Assembly (NCBI GenBank): GCA_026984135.1
Contig: JALSSR010000282.1
Span: 1,930 to 65,929, forward strand
Direction of reading: 5' to 3'
From: Bacteroidales bacterium
Lineage (GTDB): Bacteria; Bacteroidota; Bacteroidia; Bacteroidales; JAADJA01
Length of the DNA: 64,000 nucleotides
Shown: positions 36,952-47,173 of the stretch, piece after piece
Position numbering within the stretch: position 1 is the first letter of the stretch
How the letters are laid out: the number at the start of each line of letters is the position of its first letter
Notes under the pieces: model-generated
Database searches by the model: none
What the model saw: only the letters and a program-made list of their open reading frames with translations
Told to the model about the DNA's origin: nothing
Program-made: the position numbers and the translations under genes

Positions 36952-37539
36952 TTATTTCGACTTTTCAACATAACATTTTCTGCAAAGAGGAACATAGCTG
37001 TCGGTTTCGCCGAGCAGCACAAGATTGTCGTCTTTAACAATTCTGTATGAATACTGGGCAAGGTTGCCGCATTGCATACAAATAGCATGAACTTTTGTAA
37101 CATATTCGGCTGTTGCCATAAGCGAAGGAATAGGCCCGAAAGGCTTCCCGAGATAATCCATATCAAGCCCTGCAACAATAACCCTGATACCTTCGTTTGC
37201 CAATATATTACAAACACTCGCAAGCTCCTTATCAAAAAATTGTGCTTCGTCAATTCCGATAACATCAACATCCGAAACAAGTAATAAAATTTGAGATGCC
37301 GTTTGTACCGGTGTGGATTTTATTGACGATTTGTCATGCGATACAACATTCTCCTCATCATACCTTACATCAATGGCAGGCTTGAAAATCTCAACTTTTT
37401 GTTTCGCTATTTTTGCACGGTTTAGCCGGCGGATAAGCTCTTCGGTCTTTCCGGAAAACATCGAACCGCAGATAACCTCCACCCATCCGTTGCGCTTTTG
37501 TGTGCCGTTGGTATTTTCCAGAAATATTGTGTCCGTCAT
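36952..37539 (-). CDS. tdk: thymidine kinase
   Basis: 195 aa. [15 protein letters not shown]-loop, [10 protein letters not shown], and the C-terminal zinc ribbon CMQCG..CRKC. Confidence 0.95.
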   Translation of the reverse strand: MTDTIFLENTNGTQKRNGWVEVICGSMFSGKTEELIRRLNRAKIAKQKVEIFKPAIDVRYDEENVVSHDKSSIKSTPVQTASQILLLVSDVDVIGIDEAQFFDKELASVCNILANEGIRVIVAGLDMDYLGKPFGPIPSLMATAEYVTKVHAICMQCGNLAQYSYRIVKDDNLVLLGETDSYVPLCRKCYVEKSK

Positions 37540-37577
37540 TGATAAAAAATTCCTACTTTAGTCGCTTGTTTAGCGTA

Positions 37578-37585
37578 CAAAAATA
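37578..37585 (-). promoter_or_regulatory. Bacteroidota -7 promoter box (TAnnTTTG)
   Basis: The minus strand reads TATTTTTG, 38 nt upstream of the tdk ATG at 37539. Confidence 0.4.
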
Positions 37586-37595
37586 TTAAAAAATT

Positions 37596-38402
37596 ATGGA
37601 TAAAAAATTAATTATTAAAGATTTGGTGGGTGGTGAGAAAGAAATTGCCCGTTTAATAACAAAATTAAGCTCCGAACAGGCAAATATTGCGACTATTGAT
37701 ATTGATTTGACATTGGAAAAACTAAGAAAACTATATGATTTGGTTTTGAAGTTAAAAAACTATGAAACAGATACCTATGAAACAAAAGTGGACATAGTTT
37801 CGGAAAGTTTGCCTGCCGAAGAAGAAAGTAAAAAGGAAGATACCTCGTATCCGTTAAAAAAAGAAGAAGAGTTGCCGAATGAAAACAAACATGTTAGTCA
37901 AGAAATTGTTGCCGGTGAAATGAATGATGAAGAAACGAGAGAGGAGAAAAAACAGCAGGAGCCTGATACTCCGGCGTTATTCGAAGAAGAGGAGATTAGC
38001 GCGACGAAACCGGAAAAGCCGCAGGAAAAGCAGGTTTCAACAGGAGTTACAATGGACCTTTTCGGGAATACGGTGGAGAACACAATGACTTCCGAAGATA
38101 GTAAAACAATTGCCGATACTATTTCCGAGCAGATAAAGGAAGAAAGTGTTGCTGATAAATTAAATAAAACGGCCATTAGCGATTTGAAAGAGGCAATCGG
38201 AATAAATGAGAAGTTTTTCTTTATTAATGAACTCTTTGACGGAAATATGGGCGATTACAATAAAGCCGTTGACACTCTCAATAATTTTTCGGGAAAGGAT
38301 GAAGCTATGGCACATCTTAACGAACTGAAAACCAAGTATCAGTGGGACGAAAATAATGAAGCATTAAAGCAATTATCGGAATTAATCAATAGAAGGTATT
38401 AA
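37596..38402 (+). CDS. hypothetical acidic protein
   Basis: 268 aa with a Glu/Lys-rich low-complexity centre and a more ordered C-terminus (AISDLKEAIGINEKFFFINELFDGNMGDYNKAV). No family recognised. Confidence 0.55.
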   Translation: MDKKLIIKDLVGGEKEIARLITKLSSEQANIATIDIDLTLEKLRKLYDLVLKLKNYETDTYETKVDIVSESLPAEEESKKEDTSYPLKKEEELPNENKHVSQEIVAGEMNDEETREEKKQQEPDTPALFEEEEISATKPEKPQEKQVSTGVTMDLFGNTVENTMTSEDSKTIADTISEQIKEESVADKLNKTAISDLKEAIGINEKFFFINELFDGNMGDYNKAVDTLNNFSGKDEAMAHLNELKTKYQWDENNEALKQLSELINRRY

Positions 38403-38405
38403 CAA

Positions 38406-39656
38406 GTGAAGATTATACTAACAATATCAACTCTTTTTGCATTCGTTTTATTAAATGCCCAGGATAAGCAATATGCCTTTTCGGTTGTTGACACGCTTAC
38501 TTCACCCTCTATGCACGGCAGGGGCTATGTCAATAACGGCAATCGTATTGCGGCGGAGTTCATTGCCGGAGAATTCAAAAAAGCAAAGCTAAAACATTTC
38601 GGGAAAGACTATTTCCAGCCCTTTTCATATCCGATGAACACATTTAAGGATACCATTGATGTTTTCGTTGACGGGAAAAGGCTGATTCCGGGAAAAGATT
38701 TTGTCCTGTACTGTTCTTCTCCTTCTGTTGACGGAACTTTTAAAATGGTACGGGCATTGAAAGACAGCACCGGAAATCCTTTTTTTGGTCCGGACGTTAA
38801 TCTTTCCGGCTTGGCCGATAAGGTGATTGTCACCGATGCCAATCCCCGTAAATTCGACTATAAAAAATATAGAGCAGCCGGCTATGTTTTTTTAAAGGAT
38901 GGAAATGTGTGGTGGCACGTATCCGACGGAGGTGAGGTGCTTCCCTATTTCAGGCTTATTATTGCGGAAGATAAAATTTCTTCAAAAAGTAAAATACTGA
39001 AAATCAAAGCTAAAAATGATTTTGTAGAAGCTTTTGCAACTCAAAATGTGATAGGATATGTCAAAGGTAAAGTTCAGCCCGATACCTTTCTTGTCATCAC
39101 GGCTCATTACGACCATCTCGGGCAGATGGGACCTGAGGCATATTTCCCGGGAGGAAACGATAATGCCAGTGGGTCGGCTATGCTGCTTGATCTGGCAAGA
39201 TATTTTTCATCAAAGAAACATCGTCCTTATTACTCTGTTCTTTTTATTGCGTTCAGTGGTGAGGAAGCAGGATTGCTCGGCTCGTTTTACTACGTAAATC
39301 ATCCCCTGTTTCCTTTGTCGCAAATAAAATTTTTAATAAATATTGATATGGTGGGTTCGGGCAGTGACGGAATAAAAGTGGTTAACGGCTCCGTGTTCAA
39401 GAATGATTTCGGTAAACTTGTAAAACTGAATGATGATAAACATTATTTGAAGAAAGTCAGTCCGCGCGGAGCTGCAGCAAACAGCGACCATTATCCCTTC
39501 TATGACAAAGGTGTACCTTCGTTCTTTATTTATACCCTTGGAAAAGAGTGTGTGGAGTACCACAATATTTACGATACAAAAGAAAATGTGCCATATACCG
39601 CGTATGATGATCTGTTCGGTTTGCTCATTGATTTTTTCGGTTCATTTTATAAATAA
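38406..39656 (+). CDS. M28 family metallopeptidase
   Basis: 416 aa, GTG start, signal peptide. ITAHYDHLG, GGNDNASGSAMLLDLARYF and FIAFSGEEAGLLGSFYY are the zinc-ligand blocks. Confidence 0.85.
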   Translation: MKIILTISTLFAFVLLNAQDKQYAFSVVDTLTSPSMHGRGYVNNGNRIAAEFIAGEFKKAKLKHFGKDYFQPFSYPMNTFKDTIDVFVDGKRLIPGKDFVLYCSSPSVDGTFKMVRALKDSTGNPFFGPDVNLSGLADKVIVTDANPRKFDYKKYRAAGYVFLKDGNVWWHVSDGGEVLPYFRLIIAEDKISSKSKILKIKAKNDFVEAFATQNVIGYVKGKVQPDTFLVITAHYDHLGQMGPEAYFPGGNDNASGSAMLLDLARYFSSKKHRPYYSVLFIAFSGEEAGLLGSFYYVNHPLFPLSQIKFLINIDMVGSGSDGIKVVNGSVFKNDFGKLVKLNDDKHYLKKVSPRGAAANSDHYPFYDKGVPSFFIYTLGKECVEYHNIYDTKENVPYTAYDDLFGLLIDFFGSFYK

Positions 39657-39662
39657 AAAATT

Positions 39663-40346
39663 ATGTCGAAACTGTATCTCATACCGACACCAATAGGAAA
39701 TCTTGAGGATATTACACTCCGGGCTATCCGTATTTTGAAAGAGACCGATCTTATTCTTGCAGAAGACACAAGGACAACCGGTGTTCTTCTAAAGCATTAT
39801 GATATTAACACACCGATGAAATCGCATCATCAGTTCAATGAGCATAAAACCGTTTCCGATATTGTTAACAGACTTTTGTCGGGTGAAAATATATCCTTGG
39901 TAACCGATGCCGGTACTCCTGCTGTTTCCGACCCGGGATTTCTGCTTGTGAGAGAGTGCATTAAAAATAATATTGAGGTGGAAACACTGCCGGGTGCTAC
40001 GGCTTTTGTTCCCGCTCTTGTAAATTCCGGTCTTCCGTGCGACAGGTTTGTTTTTGAGGGCTTTTTGCCACACAAAAAGGGTCGTAAAACGAAACTCGAA
40101 AGCCTTGTTATTCAACCATATACAATGGTCTTTTATGAATCGCCGTTCAGATTGGTGAAAACATTAATGCAGTTTGCAGAGTATTTCGGAAACGATAGAA
40201 AAGCTTCCGTTTCAAGAGAGTTGACAAAGATATATGAAGAGACCGTACGTGGTACTTTGGCGGAACTGATTGTACATTTTTCGGAGAAAAAACCAAAAGG
40301 GGAAATAGTTGTTGTAGTTGCCGGGAAAAACAACACTAACGGTTAA
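39663..40346 (+). CDS. rsmI: 16S rRNA (cytidine1402-2'-O)-methyltransferase
   Basis: 227 aa. LYLIPTPIGNLEDITLRAIRIL, AEDTR and SDAGTPAVSDPGF are RsmI/tetrapyrrole-methylase-fold signatures. Confidence 0.92.
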   Translation: MSKLYLIPTPIGNLEDITLRAIRILKETDLILAEDTRTTGVLLKHYDINTPMKSHHQFNEHKTVSDIVNRLLSGENISLVTDAGTPAVSDPGFLLVRECIKNNIEVETLPGATAFVPALVNSGLPCDRFVFEGFLPHKKGRKTKLESLVIQPYTMVFYESPFRLVKTLMQFAEYFGNDRKASVSRELTKIYEETVRGTLAELIVHFSEKKPKGEIVVVVAGKNNTNG

Positions 40347-40351
40347 AACGA

Positions 40352-41521
40352 ATGGGGCAATTTAAAAAGGATATGGAAGAACAGGGAGTCTGCATTATAA
40401 TCCCCGCATATAATAATGCAGGGACTTTGAGAAATGTCATTGAAGATGTTTTTCGATATTCTGAAAATATCATTGTTGTAAATGATGGTTCAACGGACGA
40501 GACCTTGCAAATATTGGGCACCATAAACAATATTGATGTGGTTTCTTACAAAAAAAACAGAGGTAAGGGATACGCTCTGAGGAAAGGTTTTGAAAGGGCA
40601 ATTGAAAAGGATTTTAAATATGCAATAACCATTGATGCCGACGGACAGCATTTTGCCGATGACATTCCGTTATTTATCAAGAAACTTAAAGAAGAAGAAG
40701 ATGCTGTTATAATCGGTGCCCGGAATATGACTCAGGATGGCGTGCCGGGAAAAAGCAGTTTCGGACACAAATTTTCAAATTTCTGGTTTTGGGTGGAGAC
40801 GGGAATAAGGCATCCCGATACACAGTCGGGCTTCAGACTTTACCCGTTGGAACGTATCAAAGATTCAAAATGGTTCACAAGAAAATATGAATTTGAAATA
40901 GAGGTCATTGTCAGACTTGCGTGGAAGGGTGTAAAAATAACTTACGTCCCCGTAAAGGTTTATTATGCACCTGCTAATGAAAGAATATCCCACTTCCGTC
41001 CCTTTGTTGACTTTTCAAGAATCAGCGTGTTAAATACTATGCTTGTTATTTGGACTTTCCTGTATATCAAACCGCGGGATTTCACAAAAAAAGCTTTCAG
41101 AAAATCCGTTAAACAGCATTTTAACGAACAGATAAACAACCCTAAATATTCCAATCTTTATTTATCACTCTCGGTAGCATTCGGTGTTTTTATGGGAATA
41201 ATTCCTATTTGGGGTTATCAACTTGTTTCCGCAATTTTTCTGGCACACGTTTTAAAACTTAATAAGGTTATTGTTGCTATTTCGGCAAATATAAGTCTGC
41301 CGCCGTTGATACCGTTCATTTTGTTTGCATCCGTAAAAACCGGCGAACTGATTCTCGGAACACACACGGGACTGAATTTCAATTCCGAAATAACATTTGA
41401 CCTTATCAAATCGCTGTTAACCGTTTACATCACCGGAAGCATTGTTTTTGCAGTTGTGATGTCATTATTTTCAGGATTGATATCGTGGGCTCTTCTTGCA
41501 ATCTTCCGAAGAAGAAATTAG
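40352..41521 (+). CDS. GT2 glycosyltransferase fused to a DUF2062-like membrane domain
   Basis: 389 aa. CIIIPAYNNAGTL, IVVNDGSTDET and TIDADGQH (DxD). The C-terminal ~130 aa form TM helices, with IPIWGYQL and ISLPPLIPF typical of DUF2062. Confidence 0.8.
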   Translation: MGQFKKDMEEQGVCIIIPAYNNAGTLRNVIEDVFRYSENIIVVNDGSTDETLQILGTINNIDVVSYKKNRGKGYALRKGFERAIEKDFKYAITIDADGQHFADDIPLFIKKLKEEEDAVIIGARNMTQDGVPGKSSFGHKFSNFWFWVETGIRHPDTQSGFRLYPLERIKDSKWFTRKYEFEIEVIVRLAWKGVKITYVPVKVYYAPANERISHFRPFVDFSRISVLNTMLVIWTFLYIKPRDFTKKAFRKSVKQHFNEQINNPKYSNLYLSLSVAFGVFMGIIPIWGYQLVSAIFLAHVLKLNKVIVAISANISLPPLIPFILFASVKTGELILGTHTGLNFNSEITFDLIKSLLTVYITGSIVFAVVMSLFSGLISWALLAIFRRRN

Positions 41522-41643
41522 TGATGCAAATAATAAAACAATAAGATCAAATTTTTCAGGGTGTTTCATAAAAAACGGACATCATTTTAAAATATTGTAA
41601 ATTAATAGTTCAAAATGTAATGAGCCTGCAGACATCTTTTAGT

Positions 41644-41651
41644 TATTTTTG
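41644..41651 (+). promoter_or_regulatory. Bacteroidota -7 promoter box (TAnnTTTG)
   Basis: TATTTTTG, 27 nt upstream of the ATG at 41679. Confidence 0.45.
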
Positions 41652-41678
41652 CGCCGAAATAGGCTTTAAAGGAAGTAT

Positions 41679-44600
41679 ATGGGGCAATTTTTTATTTTCA
41701 TTTACGAATTTCTGTCGAAAAGGATTTGGCTGTTGGTTTTGGTTGCAATTGCTTTTATTGCAACGGTTTTTTATTCTGCCGAAAATCTGAAAACCGACGA
41801 AGATTTTTCAACCCTTTTTCCAAAAGAAAAAAACTTTGAAAAGTTCAACCTCATTCTTAAAAATTCCTCTTTTTCAGATAAAATTGTTGTCTTTTTTACT
41901 GCAAATGATACAGCCAACCCTGAAAAAACCAAGCTCCTGATAAAGCGAGCCGATACTTTTGTTGATTCCGTTGAAAAAAGATTTGGTGCTCAAATCAAGG
42001 ATATCAAGTATAAAATTTCCGATAAAGATATTTTAATGCTGTATGATTTTTTCTACGAAAACCTTCCGCTGTTTCTTGATAAGCAGGATTATGATGAAAT
42101 TGAAAAAAGGTTGTCGCCCGAATCAATAAAAACCACCTTGCAAAAAGACCTGAACACTCTTGTTTCTCCTGCGGGAATAGCTATGAAAAGGTTTATTCTT
42201 AAAGATCCTTTGGGTTTAACTCCTCTTGCTTTGAATAAAATAAGCCGGTTTCAGGCCGGGAATGATTTTGCCATTGTTGACAACAGGATTTTTTCAAAAG
42301 ATAAAAATGTTCTTTTTGTTTTCATTACGGTTTCCAATTCTTCCGATACGCGTAAAACAGGAGAGTTGATTACGGGCATTAGCAATTTGACAGATGACGG
42401 AAACGATAATACTATTTCCGTAAACTATTACGGTGCTCCTGTTGTGGCTGCCGCTAATGCAGAAAGAATCAAAAAGGATATTATGCTGACGGTAAGTTTG
42501 ACATTGCTCTTCATCTTTTTATTTCTGAGTCTCTATTTCCGCAGTTTTATTCTGCCTTTCTTGCTTTTTATTCCTGTTCTTGCCGGTGCAGGTATTTCAC
42601 TCGTTGCCGTTTATCTTTTCAAGGGTGAAATTTCTGCCATTTCAATGGGTGTGGGTTCGGTTTTGCTTGGTATCGGAATAGACTATTCGCTTCATTTTTT
42701 CACTCATTCGCGAAAGACCAAATCGGTTTCCGAATTGCTCAAGGACATTTCTGTCCCGATTATGATGAGCAGTCTAACCACGGCTTCCGCTTTTTTGTGT
42801 CTTTTTGTTGTGAAATCCGACGTATTCCGGGATTTGGGCTTCTTTGCCTCCGTGAGCGTTATCTCCATTGCTTTTGCCACACTTATAATACTTCCTCTGA
42901 TATTCGGGTTTCTGAAAAAGCTGAAGCACGATAAAGCAGGTATCTCCTTCCCCGGAAAGATAGCTTCGGTTGAATTTGAAAGAAAGAAGTATTTGATTTA
43001 CATAATTTTAATACTTACCGTAGTCTTCTATTTTACGGGAAAAAGGATATCTTTCAACGAAAATTTGATGGATATGAATTATATGCCCGAAAAATTAGTT
43101 GAGGCAGAGTCATTCCTGAACAAAAAAACGGCTTTTGCAAAGACTTCCCTTTATCTTGTATCGTCCGGAAAAAACATTGAAGAGGCAATCAACTATTCGG
43201 GAAAGGTAATCCCTGCGTTGGACAGTTTGAAAAGAGCAGGTGTCATTGACGATTATTCTTCGGTTAATTCTGTTTTACTTACTCCCGAAATACAAAGGGA
43301 AAAGATACGTATTTGGAATGATTTCTTTAGAAAAAGAAAGGATAGCTTAATATCAAACATCATTCGGGAAGGCAAAGCAATTAAGTTTAAATCCGATGCT
43401 TTCAAAGATTTTTTTAGGCTAATGAACCGGGATTTCAAACCTGTTTCTCTGAAAAAATTTGAGGATATTAAAAATCTCTATTTTAAAGATTATATCATTG
43501 ATAATGAGGATATACATGCTACCGTAACCTTGATAAAAGCCGGCCGGAACAAAAAGGAAATTATTAAAAATCAAATCGGAAATTCGGATTCAATTTTTGT
43601 ATTTGATCGCCAGGGTATAACGGAAAAGCTGTTTGGCGTTATCAAGTCGGAATTTAATTCTTTGATCATTCTTTCGTCTCTGATTGTTTTTGTGATTCTT
43701 TTACTCTCTTTCGGCAGAATAGAATTGGCTGTTATCAGCTTTGTCCCGATTGTTATCAGTTGGATATGGACAGTGGGGATAATGGGATTATTCGGCATTC
43801 AATTCAATATTTTCAATATTATTATCTCGACGTTTATTTTCGGTTTGGGAGTTGATTACAGCATTTTTATTACTAAAGGATTATTGCAAAAGTTGCAATT
43901 CGGAAAGGAAAATATTACAACTTTCAAAACATCAATTTTACTTTCCGGAATTACTACCGTTGTGGGAACAGGTGTATTGATATTTGCAAAACATCCGGCA
44001 CTAAAATCCATTGCTTTGGTGTCTGTGATCGGTATTTCATCGGCAGTGGTCATCTCTTTTACAATTTTACCCGTATTGTTTAATTTTTTGACCGTTTACA
44101 ATGGAAGAAAAAGAACCTTGCCGGTTACCCTGTTGAATTTTACATTTTCAATAACATCACTTCTCTACTTCTTATTGTCAACTGCAACACTGGCGCTTGT
44201 AGTAATTCCCGTATTGAAGATATTACCGGTCAAAAAGAGGTCGAAAGAGCTGTTTGTTCATCACGCAATAAAATTCTTTTCAAAGACAGTTGTATATCTT
44301 AACATCCACGTTCCTAAAATCCTTGTTAATCTTAACAAACATACATTCGACAAACCTGTATTTGCAATTTCCAATCACCAATCAATGCTGGATCTGGTTT
44401 TCTTGTTAATGCTACATCCGAAGTTGTTAATTGTCTCAAACCGGCGCTCTTTGAATAATACCTTTTATGGCCCGGCAATCCGCTATACCGGTTTTATTTT
44501 TTCCGGAGAAGGACTTGACAAAATATCGGATGAGATAAAGAGAAAAATGGATGAGGGTTATTCGGTGATTGTATTCCCCGAAGGAACACGTTCGGCAAAC

Positions 44601-45509
44601 TGTAAAATAAAACGTTTTCACAAGGGAGCTTTTTATATTGCCGAAAAACTGAATCTTCCCGTAATGCCTATGATGATTCACGGTGCTTGTCAGGCATTGA
44701 ACAAAAACGAATTTTTCCTTCGCAGAGGAATCGTGCATATCATAGCTTTTGAAAAAATGGATTTTAGCAGCGGTAAGTATGGCCCTACATATCGTGAACA
44801 TACAAAAGCAATGCAGAAATTTTACCGCAAGGAATTTGAAAAACTTGACAGGGAGGTTTGGATTCCTAACCGGTTAAAACATAATTTGATAAACAGATAT
44901 ATCTTTCGCGGACCCGTGCTTGAATGGTATATGAGGATTAAACTCAGGCTGGAAGATAATTACAATTTTATTAACGGTATTGTCCCACGTAATGCAGTAG
45001 TAACGGATATCGGCTGCGGATACGGTTTCTTGTCAACTATGCTTGCCCTTGTATCGTCCGAAAGGAAAATAACGGGTATTGATTATGATGAAGAAAAGAT
45101 ATTGACTGCGGAACATTGTACCGAAGACCTTGATAATCTGAGATTTGTTACCGGTGATGTATTGACGGCGGAAATACCGCAAAGTGATGTGATGATTATC
45201 AGTGATGTGTTGCACTATATGTCGAAAGAAAAGCAAATGCTGTTACTTGAAAAATGTTTTTCAGCTTTAAATGACAACGGGATTATCATTGTGCGGGATG
45301 CGGATGCCGACCTGAAAAAAAGAACCAAGGGAACCCGGATTACGGAATTTTTCTCAACACGTTTCGGATTTAACAAAACCGTTGAAAAGCTGGATTTTGT
45401 TTCGGGAAAACTTATTATAGAAACGGCAAAGAATGCCGGATTTGAAACGGAAATAATTGATAATACGAAATTTACATCTAATATAATTTATGTATTGAAG
45501 AAACATTAA
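41679..45509 (+). CDS. trifunctional fusion: MMPL/RND-type exporter + PlsC-type lysophospholipid acyltransferase + class I SAM methyltransferase
   Basis: 1276 aa. Two 5-6-helix TM bundles are separated by large soluble loops (MMPL topology). These are followed by NHQSMLDLVF (HX4D, nt ~44373-44393) and VFPEGTRS (PlsC blocks), and then by VTDIGCGYGFLS (GxGxG, nt ~45000-45030) and IISDVLHYM (methyltransferase motifs). Confidence 0.8.
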   Translation: MGQFFIFIYEFLSKRIWLLVLVAIAFIATVFYSAENLKTDEDFSTLFPKEKNFEKFNLILKNSSFSDKIVVFFTANDTANPEKTKLLIKRADTFVDSVEKRFGAQIKDIKYKISDKDILMLYDFFYENLPLFLDKQDYDEIEKRLSPESIKTTLQKDLNTLVSPAGIAMKRFILKDPLGLTPLALNKISRFQAGNDFAIVDNRIFSKDKNVLFVFITVSNSSDTRKTGELITGISNLTDDGNDNTISVNYYGAPVVAAANAERIKKDIMLTVSLTLLFIFLFLSLYFRSFILPFLLFIPVLAGAGISLVAVYLFKGEISAISMGVGSVLLGIGIDYSLHFFTHSRKTKSVSELLKDISVPIMMSSLTTASAFLCLFVVKSDVFRDLGFFASVSVISIAFATLIILPLIFGFLKKLKHDKAGISFPGKIASVEFERKKYLIYIILILTVVFYFTGKRISFNENLMDMNYMPEKLVEAESFLNKKTAFAKTSLYLVSSGKNIEEAINYSGKVIPALDSLKRAGVIDDYSSVNSVLLTPEIQREKIRIWNDFFRKRKDSLISNIIREGKAIKFKSDAFKDFFRLMNRDFKPVSLKKFEDIKNLYFKDYIIDNEDIHATVTLIKAGRNKKEIIKNQIGNSDSIFVFDRQGITEKLFGVIKSEFNSLIILSSLIVFVILLLSFGRIELAVISFVPIVISWIWTVGIMGLFGIQFNIFNIIISTFIFGLGVDYSIFITKGLLQKLQFGKENITTFKTSILLSGITTVVGTGVLIFAKHPALKSIALVSVIGISSAVVISFTILPVLFNFLTVYNGRKRTLPVTLLNFTFSITSLLYFLLSTATLALVVIPVLKILPVKKRSKELFVHHAIKFFSKTVVYLNIHVPKILVNLNKHTFDKPVFAISNHQSMLDLVFLLMLHPKLLIVSNRRSLNNTFYGPAIRYTGFIFSGEGLDKISDEIKRKMDEGYSVIVFPEGTRSANCKIKRFHKGAFYIAEKLNLPVMPMMIHGACQALNKNEFFLRRGIVHIIAFEKMDFSSGKYGPTYREHTKAMQKFYRKEFEKLDREVWIPNRLKHNLINRYIFRGPVLEWYMRIKLRLEDNYNFINGIVPRNAVVTDIGCGYGFLSTMLALVSSERKITGIDYDEEKILTAEHCTEDLDNLRFVTGDVLTAEIPQSDVMIISDVLHYMSKEKQMLLLEKCFSALNDNGIIIVRDADADLKKRTKGTRITEFFSTRFGFNKTVEKLDFVSGKLIIETAKNAGFETEIIDNTKFTSNIIYVLKKH

Positions 45510-45555
45510 CAAATCTTATTTTCAATGAAAAATGAAAAATTTCGTTTTTTTTCAT

Positions 45556-45563
45556 TATCTTTG
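45556..45563 (+). promoter_or_regulatory. Bacteroidota -7 promoter box (TAnnTTTG)
   Basis: TATCTTTG, 26 nt upstream of the ATG at 45590. Confidence 0.45.
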
Positions 45564-45589
45564 TTGGGAAATTTCACAAACGGTTTAAT

Positions 45590-47125
45590 ATGAAAAATCT
45601 ACCCATCGGCATACAGGAATTTAAGAAACTCCGGGAAGGAGATTTTCTCTATATTGATAAAACGGAATTTATCTACAATTTGATAAATTCGGCTTCCTAC
45701 TATTTCCTGTCCCGCCCACGCCGATTCGGTAAATCGCTGTTGTTGAACACAATAAAAGAGATATTTTACGGAAATAAAGAGTTGTTTGAAGGTCTGTGGA
45801 TTTACGATAAGATAGAGTGGGAAAAGTATCCGGTGATTAAGATTTCCTTTTCAAATATGAACTACCGTTCACTCGGATTGGAGAAAGCTATTAATAACGA
45901 ATTGTTAATGATTGCCAAACAATACGATATTGCATTTGAATTTGACGATTTCAGCACAAGATTCAGGGAACTGATTCAAAAACTTTCAACGGATAAAAAG
46001 GTTGTCATCCTCATTGACGAATACGACAAACCCATAATAGACTACATTGAAGATATTCCGCAAGCCGAAGAAAACCGTAAAATTCTGAAAAGTTTTTATT
46101 CCGTCATCAAAGACAGCGACAACTACATCAAATTCTTTTTCGTAACGGGAGTATCCAAATTCAGTCAGGTCTCCATCTTTTCCGATTTGAACAATCTGAA
46201 TGATATTACACTTGATAAAAATTATGCTGCTTTAACAGGTTACACCCAAGAAGAATTAGACTCATATTTTCCCGAGTACATTGAAAAGGTAGAAGAGGAT
46301 TATGAAGGCATCTTCGATGATATCCCCGCCCAAATAAAAAAATGGTACAACGGCTATTCCTGGGACGGGAAAACTTTTGTTTATAATCCCTTTTCTATTT
46401 TGAACTTTTTCTACAAAAGAACCTTCGGTGATTACTGGTATGCCACCGGAACTCCCACTTTTCTTATGAAACTGATAAAGGAAAACAAATATACTATTTT
46501 CGACATAAAGAACAAAACCGTTCCGAGAGGTCTTTTGGATAAATATGAAATCACTTCCATTTCACTGATTCCGTTACTTTTCCAAACAGGTTATCTCACG
46601 GTAAAAAAAATTGATATGCGCAAAATGACATTGCAGCTCGACTATCCCAACCTCGAAGTGGAAAGTTCGTTCAATATGCATCTTTTGTCATATCTTCTTG
46701 GCGGCAAAACCGACAAAACAGGCAGTCTGCTTGTACAATTGTCCGAATCCATAGAACAACACCGCATAGAACAATTCATAGATAATGTTAACTCGGTTTT
46801 CAAAGGTATTTCATATACACTTATTGACAAAAAAGAAAAATATTTCCACTCGCTTTTTTATCTGATAATCAACCTTCTCGGCTTTACAATCGAAACGGAA
46901 GTGATGACCGTTGACGGCAGAATTGATGCCGTGATAACCACGGACGATTATATCTATGTCATAGAGTTCAAGGCAAATCAGGATGCAAAAACGGCATTGG
47001 AACAGATAAAAGAGAAAGGCTACCACAAAAGATACACTTCCGGCAAACGGAAAATCACTTTGCTTGGAATTAACTTCGACATTGAGAATAAAATAATTGA
47101 CGATTATATTTCCGAGGAAATATAA
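45590..47125 (+). CDS. AAA-ATPase_like / PD-(D/E)XK (PDDEXK_9-type) family protein
   Basis: 511 aa. The N-terminus LPIGIQEFKKLREGDFLYIDKTEFIYNLI..RPRRFGKSL matches the predicted-AAA-ATPase family that is multi-copy in Bacteroidota. The C-terminus GRIDAVI..IYVIEFK is a PD-(D/E)XK-like core. Confidence 0.8.
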   Translation: MKNLPIGIQEFKKLREGDFLYIDKTEFIYNLINSASYYFLSRPRRFGKSLLLNTIKEIFYGNKELFEGLWIYDKIEWEKYPVIKISFSNMNYRSLGLEKAINNELLMIAKQYDIAFEFDDFSTRFRELIQKLSTDKKVVILIDEYDKPIIDYIEDIPQAEENRKILKSFYSVIKDSDNYIKFFFVTGVSKFSQVSIFSDLNNLNDITLDKNYAALTGYTQEELDSYFPEYIEKVEEDYEGIFDDIPAQIKKWYNGYSWDGKTFVYNPFSILNFFYKRTFGDYWYATGTPTFLMKLIKENKYTIFDIKNKTVPRGLLDKYEITSISLIPLLFQTGYLTVKKIDMRKMTLQLDYPNLEVESSFNMHLLSYLLGGKTDKTGSLLVQLSESIEQHRIEQFIDNVNSVFKGISYTLIDKKEKYFHSLFYLIINLLGFTIETEVMTVDGRIDAVITTDDYIYVIEFKANQDAKTALEQIKEKGYHKRYTSGKRKITLLGINFDIENKIIDDYISEEI

Positions 47126-47165
47126 AACACAAAATAATCCTACTTTACGCTTTAAGCTATTCTAT

Positions 47166-47173
47166 TATCTTTG
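47166..47173 (+). promoter_or_regulatory. Bacteroidota -7 promoter box (TAnnTTTG)
   Basis: TATCTTTG, 32 nt upstream of the ATG at 47206. Confidence 0.45.

Noticed and set aside
36840-37280. 146-aa minus-strand ORF overlapping the tdk 3' half
   Set aside because: It is on the same strand as tdk but out of frame with it, and tdk has unmistakable P-loop and zinc-ribbon motifs. The alternative frame has no family features.
45531-45556. Hairpin AATGAAAAA/TTTTTCATT after the exporter fusion gene, read as an intrinsic terminator
   Set aside because: The stem is almost pure A:T with a single G:C pair, so its predicted stability is very low. It overlaps the start of the -7 box of the next gene. That is not enough to call a terminator.
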